From NCBI GenBank assembly GCA_965287045.1, contig OZ336874.1, forward strand, positions 2,232,001 through 2,296,000: a stretch of 64,000 nucleotides of DNA, given 5' to 3'. A program made the translations under genes and the position numbers. Position 1 is the first letter of the stretch. Each line of letters starts with the position of its first letter. This DNA comes from Carcharhinus amblyrhynchos. Taxonomy: Eukaryota. The notes under the pieces are model-generated. The model worked only from the letters and a program-made list of their open reading frames with translations, ran no database searches and had not been told where the DNA came from. Positions 1-12,011 of this stretch are shown piece after piece.

Positions 1-1
1 A

Positions 2-49
2 TATATTGATAATTCAAAAGTACCAAGCATATCATTGCTATTATCCTAA
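2..49 (+). CDS. Possible C-terminal end of a nested antisense gene (LRRC19-like; ...YIDNSKVPSISLLLS*)
   Basis: Window starts a-TAT-ATT-GAT (K?-Y-I-D), reminiscent of the LRRC19 C-terminal GFIEDKYID motif; in mammals LRRC19 is nested antisense in an IFT74 intron at about this position; AATAAA at 823-828. Only 3-4 residues of similarity. Confidence 0.25.
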   Translation, partial: YIDNSKVPSISLLLS

Positions 50-929
50 AGTGATTGCTATGTGTCAACTGATCGGCAATCATAATGGTAGATAATACAA
101 ATAGGCACAACTGAAAGTATATTGAATTGCATTGTGTTGGTAAACTAAACTGGAAATAGTGTAACAACAGCTAAGATAATTTGGATCCTGTTTCAGCCTA
201 AGACAGCTTTACTAATATTTTTCTGATTATTCCACATACTCTGAACATTTTCCTTCATTTGCAATTGCCTAATTTTCTTCTGAAAGTGATATAGACTGTG
301 CTTTAACCAAAGTTTGTAGCTGAGATCTACATTTTAATAACCTTCTGCACAAAAAATGTTTTCCAAGCGCCTTTACTACTTTTTATGAATTACAGTTGCA
401 GTCTTACTATCTCAGCGATCCTATGTATGCTTAGCCCTGTTTGCTTCAGTCTATGCAAAGTCTTCATTTGAAGATATTTCTGCCTATGCAACTAACTCTG
501 CTAAGCTAACCAATTGTAGCTAGTTTGACTACGTCCATATACAATCAGAAAGCATGGCGGGTTAGCTGGAAATAGACTGCTTTCCTGAAGGACACAATGC
601 AGACAAACAACAGCATAACAGCTGCTGCAATGATTGTTTTTCTAGACAGAGATAACCTGCAGAGGACACTTTCAATAACGTAATAAGGGTTGAAATATAG
701 TTTGGATTTTAGAGTGTTTCAGTTCAGTGTTCAAGTTCAGTACATGGACTGCCTGAGAAACTAGTCGCCAAATTTACTTTTTTTTACTGCTTCTGTCATG
801 TTAATCTTTTTTAGTTCTGTTCAATAAAAGAAAACCATTTTAAAGTTAGTACCATGTGCTGTCCCGCTCAGCTCAAACGAATGAATGGACCCAACACTAT
901 CGATTGCAATTAACTTACCATAACTTATA

Positions 930-1680
930 ATAATTTTTGAAAATCTCTATCAGCATATCCCCTTAGCCTAAGAAACACTGTAGTAGTGCTTCCATTACTT
1001 TGATAACTATACCAGACCACGTATACAATACACAGCACTCACTAATGTTTTGTATGAGTTCAACGTTAATCCCAAATGTCCAAACACAAAACCAAGGATT
1101 CTATGGATCTTTTTATAGCCTTATCTGTTTGTGCACATTAACAGCAATCAGCTAGTCTATAGCACAGCTTTCAGTTTTAGCTAGTGACCCTCATGAAAGA
1201 CAGATTTGGTTATAGAGTGTGATATAGCATGAATTGATACTGGTTACATCAAGGACAGTTTGAGTTTACGATGTTTAACAACATCAGGAGTAGGAAACCA
1301 TACCTTCTGTCGAGCCTGTTCTGTCATTCAATACAATCATGGCTAATTTTGGCTCAACTCTGCTTTCATGCTTGCACTCCATACATCTTGATTTCTGATT
1401 AAAGATATGTACATCTGAGCCTTAAATATATTCAATGATGGAGCACCCATAACCATCTGGGGTAGATAATTCCAAAAATTCTCAATCCGTTGAGTGAAGA
1501 AATGTCTCCACACTTCAATCCTAATTGATCATCTTTTTTCTTCTGGGACCATGTCCACATGTTTTAGATTCCCCAGGAAACAACCTTTGTTTCCACACTG
1601 TCAAATCCCTTAAGAATTCTGTATGTTTCAATAAGATCATTCCTCATTCTTCTAAGCTCCAAAACATTCTCATAGGATGA
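930..1680 (-). mobile_element. Old degraded CR1-type LINE 3' fragments (about 930-1120 and 1280-1680)
   Basis: Degenerate similarity to the CR1 3' end seen in the young copies (ccattcaata.gatcatggct; gtgaagaa; caataagatca..cctcattcttctaa). Confidence 0.65.
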
Positions 1681-1789
1681 GGATGCATAAATTGAAATGG
1701 CTGCCTCTGGGAGTGAAGGGTTTTAAAATTAGAATCAAGTCATTTATAAGTTAAATGACAGTTATAACATGGTTAACAAAAATCTGAAA

Positions 1790-2488
1790 CTCTCTTTATA
1801 AAGTTTCAAGAAGCAAAGATTGTTTTGAGTGATCTAGATTTGTATTAAATATTAGAAATAAGATGTAGATGTAAGAGAGTTTAATTTAGTGCTTTTCTGT
1901 CAGAAAGGGTACAACTTTAGTCAGACTCACGTTAGATCTGCTGTCCTTAATTCCAGTCTTTGGAAACAATATTGGGGACTGAGTATCGGATTTTTTTGTG
2001 GAGAAGTTTGAATGCTCTCACATTCAAGGCAAAGGTATATCGAGAGGAGAGTTGAAAAACGTGGAGGGGGATCCTTGCTAAAACAATGGAGAGGAAGCCT
2101 TATATAAAAAGATAGTTGGAAAACCTAGAACCAGATCCTTGGTGAAAACAGCTGAGGGAAGACATTGTTTGAAAGAACATTTTTAAGCGTGTTAGACAGA
2201 AGAGCATAGAAATACTCATGTGACAATCTTTGGGGAGGAATTTGAATCCATAGGTGATTGATTGAGTGGCATCTGCTACTAGGTTGCTGAATAGGTGTTA
2301 TCCTGAAATCTGTGTACATTTGTGAAGATAAGCAACTGTGCTACAATTCTCCTTCACTCTCAGAGTTTTCACATTTACTAAATTGTGATTCTGTTCTTCC
2401 ACATTTAAAAAAGTAAAATGTTATGGCCTTCTGAGCCAGGGTTCCATTCTGGGATCTTCCCGTCTAGTTACGATCTGGGATCGTAACA
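1790..2488 (+). mobile_element. Possible solo LTR remnant
   Basis: Ends in TGGGATCGTAACA, typical of Gypsy-like LTR 3' termini; 5' boundary not resolved. Confidence 0.3.
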
Positions 2489-2620
2489 AAAGTGCTGTGG
2501 ATACCGTTTCTACTGAATTTTTCAAGATGATTAAATGGCTGAACAGGCTTGAAGGATGAGAAAGCCCGTCCTTGTTCTCATATTCCTCAGGACTTTGAAC
2601 AGAATATTATTATTACTTAC

Positions 2621-2682
2621 TCTCGTCGCTCAGTGAAGATTACATCCATGCTCTGTGCTTCTCGATCATTTTGTGCTTTGAG
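2621..2682 (-). CDS. IFT74: IFT74 coding exon 7 (62 nt; [20 protein letters not shown]); gene continues left of the window
   Basis: ttttag acceptor, GTAAGT donor; matches IFT74 [20 protein letters not shown]. Confidence 0.97.
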
Positions 2683-3533
2683 CTAAAATACAATAAAACG
2701 TGCACATCAGCTATGGTCATTTGTGACTGTCAGCTTTATTATAGCAGCTGTTATAATGCGGATATGATTTTAATTGGATGAAACTACAGAATGAAAGCCA
2801 TTACCCTCTTTTCAGAAACTGTTTTTATTTATAACTACTCAGTAATTTTTCCATACTGTCTTGTGTGCTTGTGATTGATTAATCAAAATGACTGACTGCC
2901 TGAAGGATGGCTTTTGCGAGGATTTTAAAGTGGAGAGAAACATGGAGAGGCCGATCAGTTTAGGAAGAGCAATGACAAACAAAAGAACTGAAGTAGCTGA
3001 GGGATTGGCAGTTAGATTAGACAGAGAGAGTGCAAGAGGGTGAAGTCAAAAGGTGTGATGGAGCTTTAGGACTGAATGTTGCAAATAGAGGGAGGCAACA
3101 CCGTAGATGAACTTGAAGAACATGGGATCCAAACAGAAGCAAATGCAGGCAAGATTTGGAAGCAAGCTGAGCAGCATAAAGCTCAAATTCTCATGTTGAT
3201 GGCAGCTTATCTGAGGCCAAGTACATTCAAGGTCATTAAATAATTATAGTAGTTCAAGCAGAAAAGGACAACAGGCCAATTAGCTTAATTGAAGGCTGAG
3301 AAGCTCAGCTAAACCAGGATGCAACTTATTAAATACAAGAACACATTAAAATTATTCTATATAACATTTAAATGCATATTCCTGTTCAGTTCAAAAAGCT
3401 CAGTTTACTTCACTAGCATGGCATGAAATGTTTCATGGTACGACAAGCAACTGGAAGATAATTGACAGGAAAAATAAATATGAAGAATTGTAGTAAAGAA
3501 ACATTCATTTTTGCTGGAAATTACAAGACTTAC

Positions 3534-3593
3534 TATGTTATAGTCGTTCATAACTTCTTCCATATCTGTATTGGTGTTGAGTTTATCGACCAG
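3534..3593 (-). CDS. IFT74: IFT74 coding exon 6 (60 nt; [20 protein letters not shown])
   Basis: ctttag acceptor, GTAAGT donor; near-identical to IFT74 [20 protein letters not shown]. Confidence 0.97.
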
Positions 3594-3639
3594 CTAAAGG
3601 CAGAGAACAAAATCAAGTCAAAAAAGTATTAAAGAAAAT

Positions 3640-4372
3640 AAACTTTGTATTTGCATAGCACCTTTTGTACTTCAAAATGCAATGAAGTTTTTAAACATTT
3701 TGATGTAGAGAAGTATGGAATGTCATTGGTACACAGCAAGATCCCACTAATAGCAAAAATAATGACTTGATCATTCGTTGTTCGCTCACATTGGTTGAGG
3801 GATAAAGGTTGGCTGAGATATGGAAGGCAAAGTGGTTAGCACTGCTGCCTCACAATGCCAGGTACCTGGGTTCAATTCTGGCCTTGGGTCGTTGTGCAAA
3901 CTCCACAGGGACATTCTCCCCGTGTCTGCGTGAGTTTCCTCGGGATGCTCCGATTTCCTCCCATAGTCCAAAGGTGTGTGGGTTAGGTTGATTGGCCATG
4001 CTAAATTGACCCTAGTGTCAGGGGGAAATCAATAGAACAAATATGTGGGGTTATAGGAATAGGGCCCGGAAGGGATTGTGGTTGGTGTAAATTTGATGGG
4101 CCAAATGGTCTCCTTCTGTACCGTAGGGATTCTTTGACATCGGGAGGATTCCCTCCTCCTCTTCAAATAGGTACTCAGGATCTTTCACACACACCTGTTG
4201 AAAGCAGGCAAGACTCTCAGTCTAATGTCTCATTTGAAAGAAGGTACTTCCAACAATGTAGCATCCCCTCAATGCTCCACTGAAGTGCCAGCTTGTAGCA
4301 CATGCCTAAGGCCAAGAGTGGAGCTTGGCCCCAAGGCCTTCAGGTTCAGAGGGGAGTGTTTCCACTGAGTCA
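3640..4372 (-). mobile_element. Deu-domain SINE (SacSINE1/AmnSINE1-like), interrupted by an HE1-like SINE
   Basis: Reverse complement has tRNA-like head (tgactcagtgg..cactc.cctctga..c.gaagg) and Deu core (gagggga.gct.cattgt.gga.gt.cc.tctttc..atgagac.tta); body resumes on both sides of 3822-4135. Confidence 0.7.
3822..4135 (+). mobile_element. HE1-like V-SINE (tRNA-derived)
   Basis: A/B boxes (agtggttagcactgctgcctcac; gggttcaattc), V domain (ttctccccgtgtctgcgtg.gtttcctc), CR1-like tail. Confidence 0.9.
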
Positions 4373-4544
4373 GAATAGACTACAATAGATTGAAGCAGTT
4401 ACAGCTCAGGAAACATAATTGTTTTTTATTTATTGCACTTTATTATATTAAAATGATTATGATGGGATAATAACAACAGACACTGTTACTTATTTCTCAA
4501 CAATACGTAACTACTTGTAAAGTTAAATTATTAATTACACTCAC

Positions 4545-4605
4545 CATATTGTAGTCTGCTAATTGCCCTTGCAGATCTTTAATTTCCACTGCCAATGCTT
4601 CAGCC
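4545..4605 (-). CDS. IFT74: IFT74 coding exon 5 (61 nt; [20 protein letters not shown])
   Basis: taacag acceptor, GTGAGT donor; matches IFT74 [20 protein letters not shown]. Confidence 0.97.
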
Positions 4606-4703
4606 CTGTTACAAATATGAAAGACTGTTAACAACCAATACCTGCCTTCACATGTATGGAGTTGTGTTTGGAGTTTGCACATGTGCAGAGATTATGTACT
4701 TGC

Positions 4704-4802
4704 CTCTTTTCATATGATAGATAGACAGAATTTTCTTGATTAAACGTATCAATTTCCTTTTGTAGTTTGCTGATTTCCGTTGTAAGTTCATTTATTTTGG
4801 CT
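4704..4802 (-). CDS. IFT74: IFT74 coding exon 4 (99 nt; [33 protein letters not shown]), GC donor
   Basis: gtacag acceptor; AG|GCAAGT donor required to keep frame; matches IFT74 [13 protein letters not shown]. Confidence 0.96.
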
Positions 4803-4959
4803 CTGTACAGAAACGTTTCAGGTAAGATTTCCACAATAAAGGAGAAAGAATATTAGAATAAGTGGTCCAGAGTAAGACAACATCAGATGTATCCTATATT
4901 CCAATAACTGGAGCATAAAAATTGTAAGCAGCAGAATTAAAAATAAACATTTTGCAACC

Positions 4960-5150
4960 ATTCAGCACAGGAGGTGGCCCATCATCCCTATAGTTCCTCT
5001 CTGCCTCAAAGAACTATCCAATTGCTCCAACTCCCCGGCTCTTTCCCCACAGCCTTGCCAAGTTTTCTTTTACAAGTGCAAATCTAATTCCCTTCTGAAA
5101 CTTGTTGCTGAATCTGCTTCCACCACCTTTTAAATGGTGCATTCCAGATA
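4960..5150 (-). mobile_element. Old CR1-type 3' fragment
   Basis: cagcacaggaggtggcc..., ctttccccacagcc.tgc, aatctgcttccaccacc, cattccagat match an inverted CR1 3' end. Confidence 0.55.
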
Positions 5151-5913
5151 ACAGAAAGGAAAATAACTTGCCGAGCACAAGTGTTACCCATTCTTAAAGC
5201 AACTGCTGCATATTGAAGCTGTTACAGTGCCTGTATTACCAGTAAATACGTGAGCAAATCTACTAAGGGAAAAGTGATGAGGAAACTGCTGAATTCAAGA
5301 TGGGACAATTTGAATAATTGAGATTAGTTTTGAGGTCTGTGCTGCTCATCAGGACAGCTTCTAACAACCTGGTAATTTTCCTTCCTGTAAAAGAAATCAG
5401 TCTTGGTAGTCGTCACCACCCAATTTTGTGGGGAAAATTAGGGAAATTTATTGTTGATGCAACTTGCGAACAGAGACTCTAAGGAACGGAACTAGAGAAA
5501 GCAACAAGTTAAGCTGAAATATGAATTTGCCTTGAAAGTGACAACCGGCTGCCGAGGTAGTTCACAAATAGTTAGAAGGAAGTGAATGGCTAGCCACGGG
5601 GTGAGATTCGGAGGTGGACAGAGAGCGCAGCTGAAAAATACGTGGAGAAGGTCTGTTAAAGATGTGGAGGGAAGTGAAAATGTTTAGAAAGGAAACTACA
5701 GTGAGGAGGACGAAGGAGGCTGGTGATCACCATTGAGAGAACAAAGGAATGTTGAAGAGTAGTCTGGAATCAGACAAATGGGGTGGGGATTTAAATTTAG
5801 TGCAAGGGGACCAGTGAAAATCAGCAATAATGTGGACATGGAACAAAACATGACACAAGTGGCATGGTTTTAGATAAGCTGGAGTTGGTGGGGCGGGAGG
5901 AGGTTACCAGAGA

Positions 5914-6220
5914 TCATAGCATCCTACCGTGCAACAGACTGCCAATCAGCCCATCGAATCTGCACCAACCACAATCCCACACAGACCCTATCCGCACAAC
6001 TCCATGCATTTACCATAGCTAGTCCCCCTGACACTAAAGGGCAATTTAGCATGGCCAATACACCTAATCCACACATCTTTGGACAGTGGGAGGAAATCAG
6101 AGCACCGTGAGGAAACCCACGCAGAGACAGAGAGAATGTGCAAACTCCATCCAGACAGTGACCCAAGCCGGGAATCGAACCTGGCTCCCTGGTGCTGTGA
6201 GGCAGCAGTACTAACCACTG
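5914..6220 (-). mobile_element. HE1-like V-SINE
   Basis: Reverse complement of the same head, V domain and tail as 3822 and 17443. Confidence 0.9.
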
Positions 6221-6270
6221 GTAGGGATACATAATACATGTCTGACTTTTAGAATTTGGAAATGCAAAAT

Positions 6271-6942
6271 GTGGTCAGGAAGGCGAATGGGATGCTGACC
6301 TTCATAGCGAGGGGGATTGAATATAAAAGTAGGGAGGTCTTGCTGCAGCTGTATAGGGCATTGGTGAGGCCGCAGCTGGAGTACTGTGTGCAGTTTTGGG
6401 CACCGCACCTGCACAAAGATATTTTGGCCTTGGAGGGAGTGCAGAGGAGGTTTACTAGGCTGATACTGGAGTTGAGGGGGTTGAGCTATGAGGAGAGGCT
6501 GAATAAACTAGGCTTGTACTCGTTAGAGTTTAGAAGAATGAGGGGAGATCTCATTGAGACGTATAAGATGAAGAATGGGATGGATAGGATAGAGGTGGAG
6601 AGACTCTTCCTGCTCAAAAAAGACAGTAGGACTAGGGGGCACAGCCTGAAGATAAAGGGGGGGCAGTTTAGAACGGAGTTGAGGAGGAACTTCTTCACTC
6701 AAAGGGTGGCGAATCTCTGGAATTCTCTGCCTGTTGAAGTGGTGGAGGCTGCCTCACTAAATATCTTTAAGACGCGGGTTGATGGGTTTTTGATAAGAGA
6801 GGGGATTAAGGGTTATGGGGAGAGGGCGGGAAAGTGGAACTGAGCCACGACAGATCAGCCATGATCTTGTTGAATGGCGGGGCAGGCTCGAAGGGCTAGA
6901 TGGCCTACTCCTGCTCCTATTTCTTATGTTCTTATGTTCTTA
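6271..6942 (+). mobile_element. Young CR1/HER1-type LINE, 5'-truncated (ORF2 C-terminus, 3' UTR, (TTCTTATG)n tail)
   Basis: Open frame LYRALVRPQLEYCVQFWAP...RTRGHSLK...FFTQRV.NLWNSLP; near-identical to three other copies. Confidence 0.95.
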
Positions 6943-7082
6943 AGATTTTCAGCAGCAATATCAAGAGGTGAAAATAAGTGATCTTTCATGGATAACCTGT
7001 GTGGTTTAAAGCTCAAAGCCCATCCAACGGCACAGAGTTAAAATTGAGCCCTTCGTATTCATCAATATTACTATGCATTCAA

Positions 7083-7255
7083 ACAAAAACAAAAATGCTG
7101 GAAAATCTCTGCAGGTCGGACAGCATTGGCAGAGAAAGAACCGAACCAACGTTTCACATCTGGATGACACGTCACCAGATGCTGTCAGACCTACTGAGAT
7201 TGTTCAGCGTTTTCTGTTTTTATTTGATTCCAGCGTCTGCAACAATTTGCTTTTA
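7083..7255. mobile_element. Palindromic Penelope-derived/MITE-like element
   Basis: ~42-bp imperfect inverted repeats 7086-7126 and 7179-7221 around a hammerhead-like core on the minus strand. Confidence 0.65.
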
Positions 7256-7268
7256 CTCATGTACTCAC

Positions 7269-7317
7269 CTGAGTAGTCCAAGAAAGTAGGACTTGTCCAG
7301 AATCTGACGATGTGGTC
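7269..7317 (-). CDS. IFT74: IFT74 coding exon 3 (49 nt; PHRQILDKSYFLGLLR)
   Basis: ttgcag acceptor, GTGAGT donor; matches IFT74 PQRQILDKSYYLGLLR; phase consistent. Confidence 0.97.
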
Positions 7318-7444
7318 CTGCAAATCAGTTAAAATAGATAGCATGCTCAGAATTATAAACTGATCATTTACTAGTCTTTGTCCTACAGCAGTTAAAAAGT
7401 AAAACAAAAAATAATCTTCCAAGATTTTTACCTCTCTCAAATGG

Positions 7445-7720
7445 ATATGGTAGCCTAGTGGTTATAGTAGCAGATTAGAAATTCGGAGATTGTGAGCTAA
7501 AATCCCACCATAGTAAATTTAAAAAATTCAACAAATTTGCTCATTTGCGAGCTTGCACCAAAAAGTCCAATACAAAGGCCATCAGAGTATTATAGAAATC
7601 TAACTGATTCACTGATGCCCTTCAGAAAAAGGAATCTGCTATCCTACCTGATGTTATCTAAATGTGCCACATTACATGGTTAGAATCTGAATGCCCTCCG
7701 GGTAAACTAGGCATTTGAGT
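7445..7720 (+). mobile_element. Old tRNA-derived SINE
   Basis: tggtagcctagtggtta..., aatcccaccat head and ttcactgatgcccttcag..aaggaatctgc body; degenerate. Confidence 0.55.
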
Positions 7721-7734
7721 ATTAAATGCGACAC

Positions 7735-8350
7735 AGGATTACATAGGATATACAGTGCAGAAAGAGGATATTCAGCCCAATAACTCGTGAGTGATGGCTC
7801 TGCATTTGAGCCTCCTCCCATCTCGTTTCATCTAAATCTATAATTGCAAACATATAATCCCTTCATTCTCATATGCTTGTCTATCTTCCCCTTAAATGCA
7901 TCTATACTACTGGCTTCACTGGCTCCCTGTGGTAGTGTATCCCAGATTCTCTCTACTGTTTGGATGAAGATGTTTCTTCTGAATTCCTTATTGGATTTTT
8001 GTGACTATCTTACATTGATGGTTTCTAGCTGTTTCCTTCTCCACAAAGGGAAACATTCTGTTTCCACTTTATCAAAATCTTTTATGATTTTAAAGGTCAC
8101 TATGAGGTCATTCCCCAGTCTTCATTTTTCAAGGGAAAAGGGAATCAGCCTGTCAATCAATTCCTATTAAACATACCAATACATTTCTGATATTCTTGCA
8201 AATCTCTGGATCCTTCCAATGCCTCAGTATCTTTGATATTAGACAGTGAACAGAGCTGGATGTGGTAGTATAAGTGCAATGGAACAAAGATTTAATACAG
8301 TTTTAGAATAGCTTCCCTGCTTTTCAATTCTGACACTCTAGAAATAAAAT
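7735..8350 (-). mobile_element. Old CR1-type LINE 3' part
   Basis: Degenerate inverse of the CR1 3' end (cccttaaatgcatcta; ccctgtggtag; ccagattctc; gaaga.gtttcttctgaattc). Confidence 0.7.
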
Positions 8351-8718
8351 TTAGTGCTTTTTTTAAACGCCATATTATGTAATAATATGAGATGGATAGA
8401 AAGCTGGTTAGCAGATAGGAAGCAAAGAGTTGGCATAAATGGGCCTTTTTCTGATTGGCAGTCAGAGACTAGTGGGGTTCCACAGGGATCTGTGCTAGGA
8501 CCTCAACTGTTCACATTTTATATTAATGATTTGGAAGAGGGAACTGAATGTATTATCTCCAAACTTGCAAATGATCCAAAGTTGGGTGAGAGGATGAGCT
8601 GCGAAGAGGATGCAGAGATGTTTCAGCATGATTTAGACAGGATGAGTATGTGGGCATCACCATGGTAGATACAGTATAATGTGAATAAATGTCAAGTTAT
8701 CCATTTTGGTAGCAATAA

Positions 8719-10254
8719 TAAGAACATAAGAACATAAGAAATAGGAGCAGGAGTAGGCCATCTGGCCCTTCGAGCCTGCCCCGCCATTCAATAAGATCAT
8801 GGCTGATCTGTCGTGGCTCAGTTCCACTTTCCCGCCCTCTCCCCATAACCCTTAATCCCCTCTCTTATCAAAAACCCATCAACCCGCTTCTTAAAAATAT
8901 TTAGCGAGGCAGCCTCCACCACTTCAACGGGCAGAGAATTCCAGAGATTCACCACCCTTTGAGTGAAGAAGTTCCTCCTCAACTCCGTTCTGAACTGCCC
9001 CCCCTTTATCTTGAGGCTGTGCCCCCTAGTCCTACTGTCTTTTTTGAGCGGGAAGAGTCTTTCCACCTCTATCCTATCCATCCCATTCATCATCTTATAC
9101 GTCTCAATGAGATCTCCCCTCATTCTTCTAAACTCTAACGAGTACAAGCCTAGTTTATTCAGCCTCTCCTCATAGCTCAACCCCCTCAACTCCGGTATCA
9201 GCCTAGTAAACCTCCTCTGCACTCCCTCCAAGGCCAAAATATCCTTGCGCAGGTGCGGCGCCCAAAACTGCACACAGTACTCCAGCTGCGGCCTCACCAA
9301 TGCCCTATACAGCTGCAGCAAGACCTCCCTACTTTTATATTCAATCCCCCTCGCTATGAAGGCCAGCATCCCATTCGCCTTCCTGACCACCTGCTGCACC
9401 TGCAGGCTGGGTTTTTGCGACTCATGCACAAGGACTCCGAGGTCCCTCTGCACCGTCGCCTGCTGCAGTTTTTCGCCACGTAAGTAATAGTCCTTCCTAC
9501 CATTCTTCCTACCAAAGTGGACCACCTCACACTTGCCAACATTAAATTCCATTTGCCATTTCCTGGCCCATTCGCCCAGCCTATCTAGATCCTTCTGCAG
9601 ACTCTCCACACCCTCCGCACAATTTGCCTTTCCCCCAATCTTGGTGTCATCAGCAAATTTCGACACCCTACACTCGGTTCCCTCCTCCAGATCATCTATA
9701 TAAATGGTAAATAGCTGAGGCCCCAGCACCGACCCCTGGGGCACCCCACTAGTCACCAACCGCCAATCCGAATAGCACCCATTGACCCCCACTCTCTGCC
9801 TCCTATTTGACAACCAATCCTCTATCCACGCTAACACCCTACCCCCAACTCCATGTCCTCTGACCTTCTGCAGTAACCTCTTGTGAGGTACCTTATCAAA
9901 CGCCTTCTGAAAATCCAGAAAGACCACATCCACCGGCTCTCCTCTATCCACCGCCCTAGACACATCCTCATAGAACTCCAGTAAATTGGTCAGACACGAC
10001 TTCCCTTTAATGAAACCGTGTTGCGTCTGCCCTATCAAGCAATTCCCTTCAAGATGCCTCGCAATTTCCTCCTTAATGACGGATTCTAACATTTTACCTA
10101 CCACAGACGTTAAACTAACCGGCCTGTAATTCCCCGCCTTTTGCCTGGCACCCTTCTTAAACAACGGCGTAACATTAGCCGTTTTCCAATCCTCCGGCAC
10201 TTCCCCGGAATCCAGCGACGTCTGGAAAATAACCACCAAGGCATCCACTATCAC
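8719..10254 (-). mobile_element. Young CR1/HER1-type LINE, 5'-truncated, with uninterrupted 478-codon RT frame (8818-10254)
   Basis: NYRPVSLTS, FLDFQKAFDKVPH, GVPQGSVLGP, KFADDTK motifs; no stops; (TTCTTATG)n tail at 8719-8740. Confidence 0.97.
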
Positions 10255-10992
10255 AAATAAAACAGATTACTACTTGAATGGGTGTAAATTGAGAAAGTTG
10301 GATACACAACAAGATTTGGAGTCCTCGTGCATCAGCCACTGAAAGTAAGCACACAGGTACAGCAGGCGGTAAAGAAAATTAATTGTATGTTGGCCCTCAG
10401 TGAGACAATTTGAGTACAGAGATAGGGATGTTTTGCTTCAGTTGTGTAGGGCATGGTGGGGCCACACCTGGAGTACTGCGTGCAGTTCTGGTGTCCTTAT
10501 TTGAGGAAGGATGCCCTTGCTATAGAGGGAGCACAGTGAAGGTTTGCCAGTAAGTCTGTCATATGAAGAGAAACTAAGTCAGTTAGAATTATATTCACTG
10601 GAGTTTAGAAGAGTGAGAGGGGATCTCAGTAGCTTATAAAATTCTAACAGGGTTAGATTAGGGTACATTTCAAAATTATCTTCCCAATGGTGGGGGTGGC
10701 CAGAACTAGGGGGTCATAATTTGAGGATAAGGGGTAAACCTTTTAGAACTGAGGTGAGGACAAATTTCTTCACCTAGAGGCTAGTGAATGTGTGGAATTC
10801 ACTACCACAGAAAGCAGTTGAAGCCAAAATGTTGTCTGATTTCAAGAAGAAATTAAATATAGCTATTGAGGTTAAAGGGATCAAGGGAAATGGGGGGAAG
10901 GGAGAAATCAGGATATAGAATTTGATGATCAGCCACGACCAAGATGAATAGCGGTGCATGCTCAAAGGGCCAAATGGCTTTCCTACTTCTAG

Positions 10993-11630
10993 TTCATAGC
11001 GAGGGGGATTGAATATAAAAGTAGGGAGGTCTTGCTGTGGCTGTATAGGGCACTGGTGAGGCCGCAGCTGGAGTACTGTGTGCAGTTTTGGTCGTCGTAC
11101 TTACGCAAGGATATTTTGGCCTTGGAGGGAGTGCAGAGGAGGTTTACTAGGCTGATACTGGAGTTGAGGGGGTTGAGCTATGAGGAGAGGCTGAATAAAC
11201 TAGGCTTGTACTCGTTAGAGTTTAGAAGAATGAGGGGAGATCTCATTGAGACATATAAGATGATGAATGGGATGGATAGGATAGAGGTGGAGAGACTCTT
11301 CCCGCTCAGAAAGGACAGTAGGACTAGGGGGCACAGCCTCAAGATAAAGGGGGTGCGGTTTAGGACAGAGTTGAGGAGGAACTTCTTCACTCAAAGGGTG
11401 ATGAATCTCTGGAATTCTCTGCCCGTTGAGGTGGTGGAGGCTGCCTCGCTTAATATATTTAAGACGCGGGTTAATGGGTTTTTGATAAGAGAGGGGATTA
11501 AGGGTTATGGGGAGAGGGCGGGAATGTGGAACTGAGCCACGACAGATCAGCCATGATCTTACTGAATGGCGGGGCAGGCTCGAAGGGCTAGATGGCCTAC
11601 TCCTGCTCCTAATTCCTATGTTCTTATGTT
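10993..11630 (+). mobile_element. Young CR1/HER1-type LINE, 5'-truncated
   Basis: Near-identical to 6301-6942. Confidence 0.95.
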
Positions 11631-11875
11631 TTTGTTCCAAGTTTCTATGGCCCGTGACATATTAATTAAACTCAGATTTCTTTGTTGCTCTATTCAGACT
11701 TCCAAGTAATAGTTGATCTCTCTGTTCTTCCAACGAAAATGTATATGTACATTTATCTTCGATGAACGCCATTTGCCAGTTTCACCCTATGTTCCAAGAA
11801 GTGGTAAATACTACATGTGTTAATAACTGACTTTATAAATTATGAAAATTATGACAGGAGACAGCCTTCACATAC

Positions 11876-12011
11876 CTTTCATTCCTGTTTTCATTCCACT
11901 CAAACCCTGCTGAGTTACAGGGCGATCTGCTACTTTAATCTGAGCAGACAGCACACCACCTGGCATCACAGGTCCACCACGGGTTCCAGGTCTCGCTGTT
12001 CCAGGAGATAT
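11876..12011 (-). CDS. IFT74: IFT74 coding exon 2 (136 nt; [46 protein letters not shown])
   Basis: ttctag acceptor, GTATGT donor; matches the known IFT74 motif PGTARPGSRG...[26 protein letters not shown]. Confidence 0.97.

Larger units (their letters stand above)
8385..11650 (+). mobile_element. Older CR1-type LINE (RT to 3' UTR; pieces 8385-8718, 10255-10992, 11631-11650) split by two young CR1 insertions
   Basis: WIESWLADRKQRVGING...SGVPQGSVLGPQLF..YINDL; sequence resumes collinearly after 10255; contains stops and frameshifts. Confidence 0.9.

Noticed and set aside
8818-10254. 478-aa reverse transcriptase as a host gene, retron or other novel RT system
   Set aside because: 5'-truncated CR1 ORF2 with no true ATG start, a typical 3' UTR and tail, and three sibling fragments nearby
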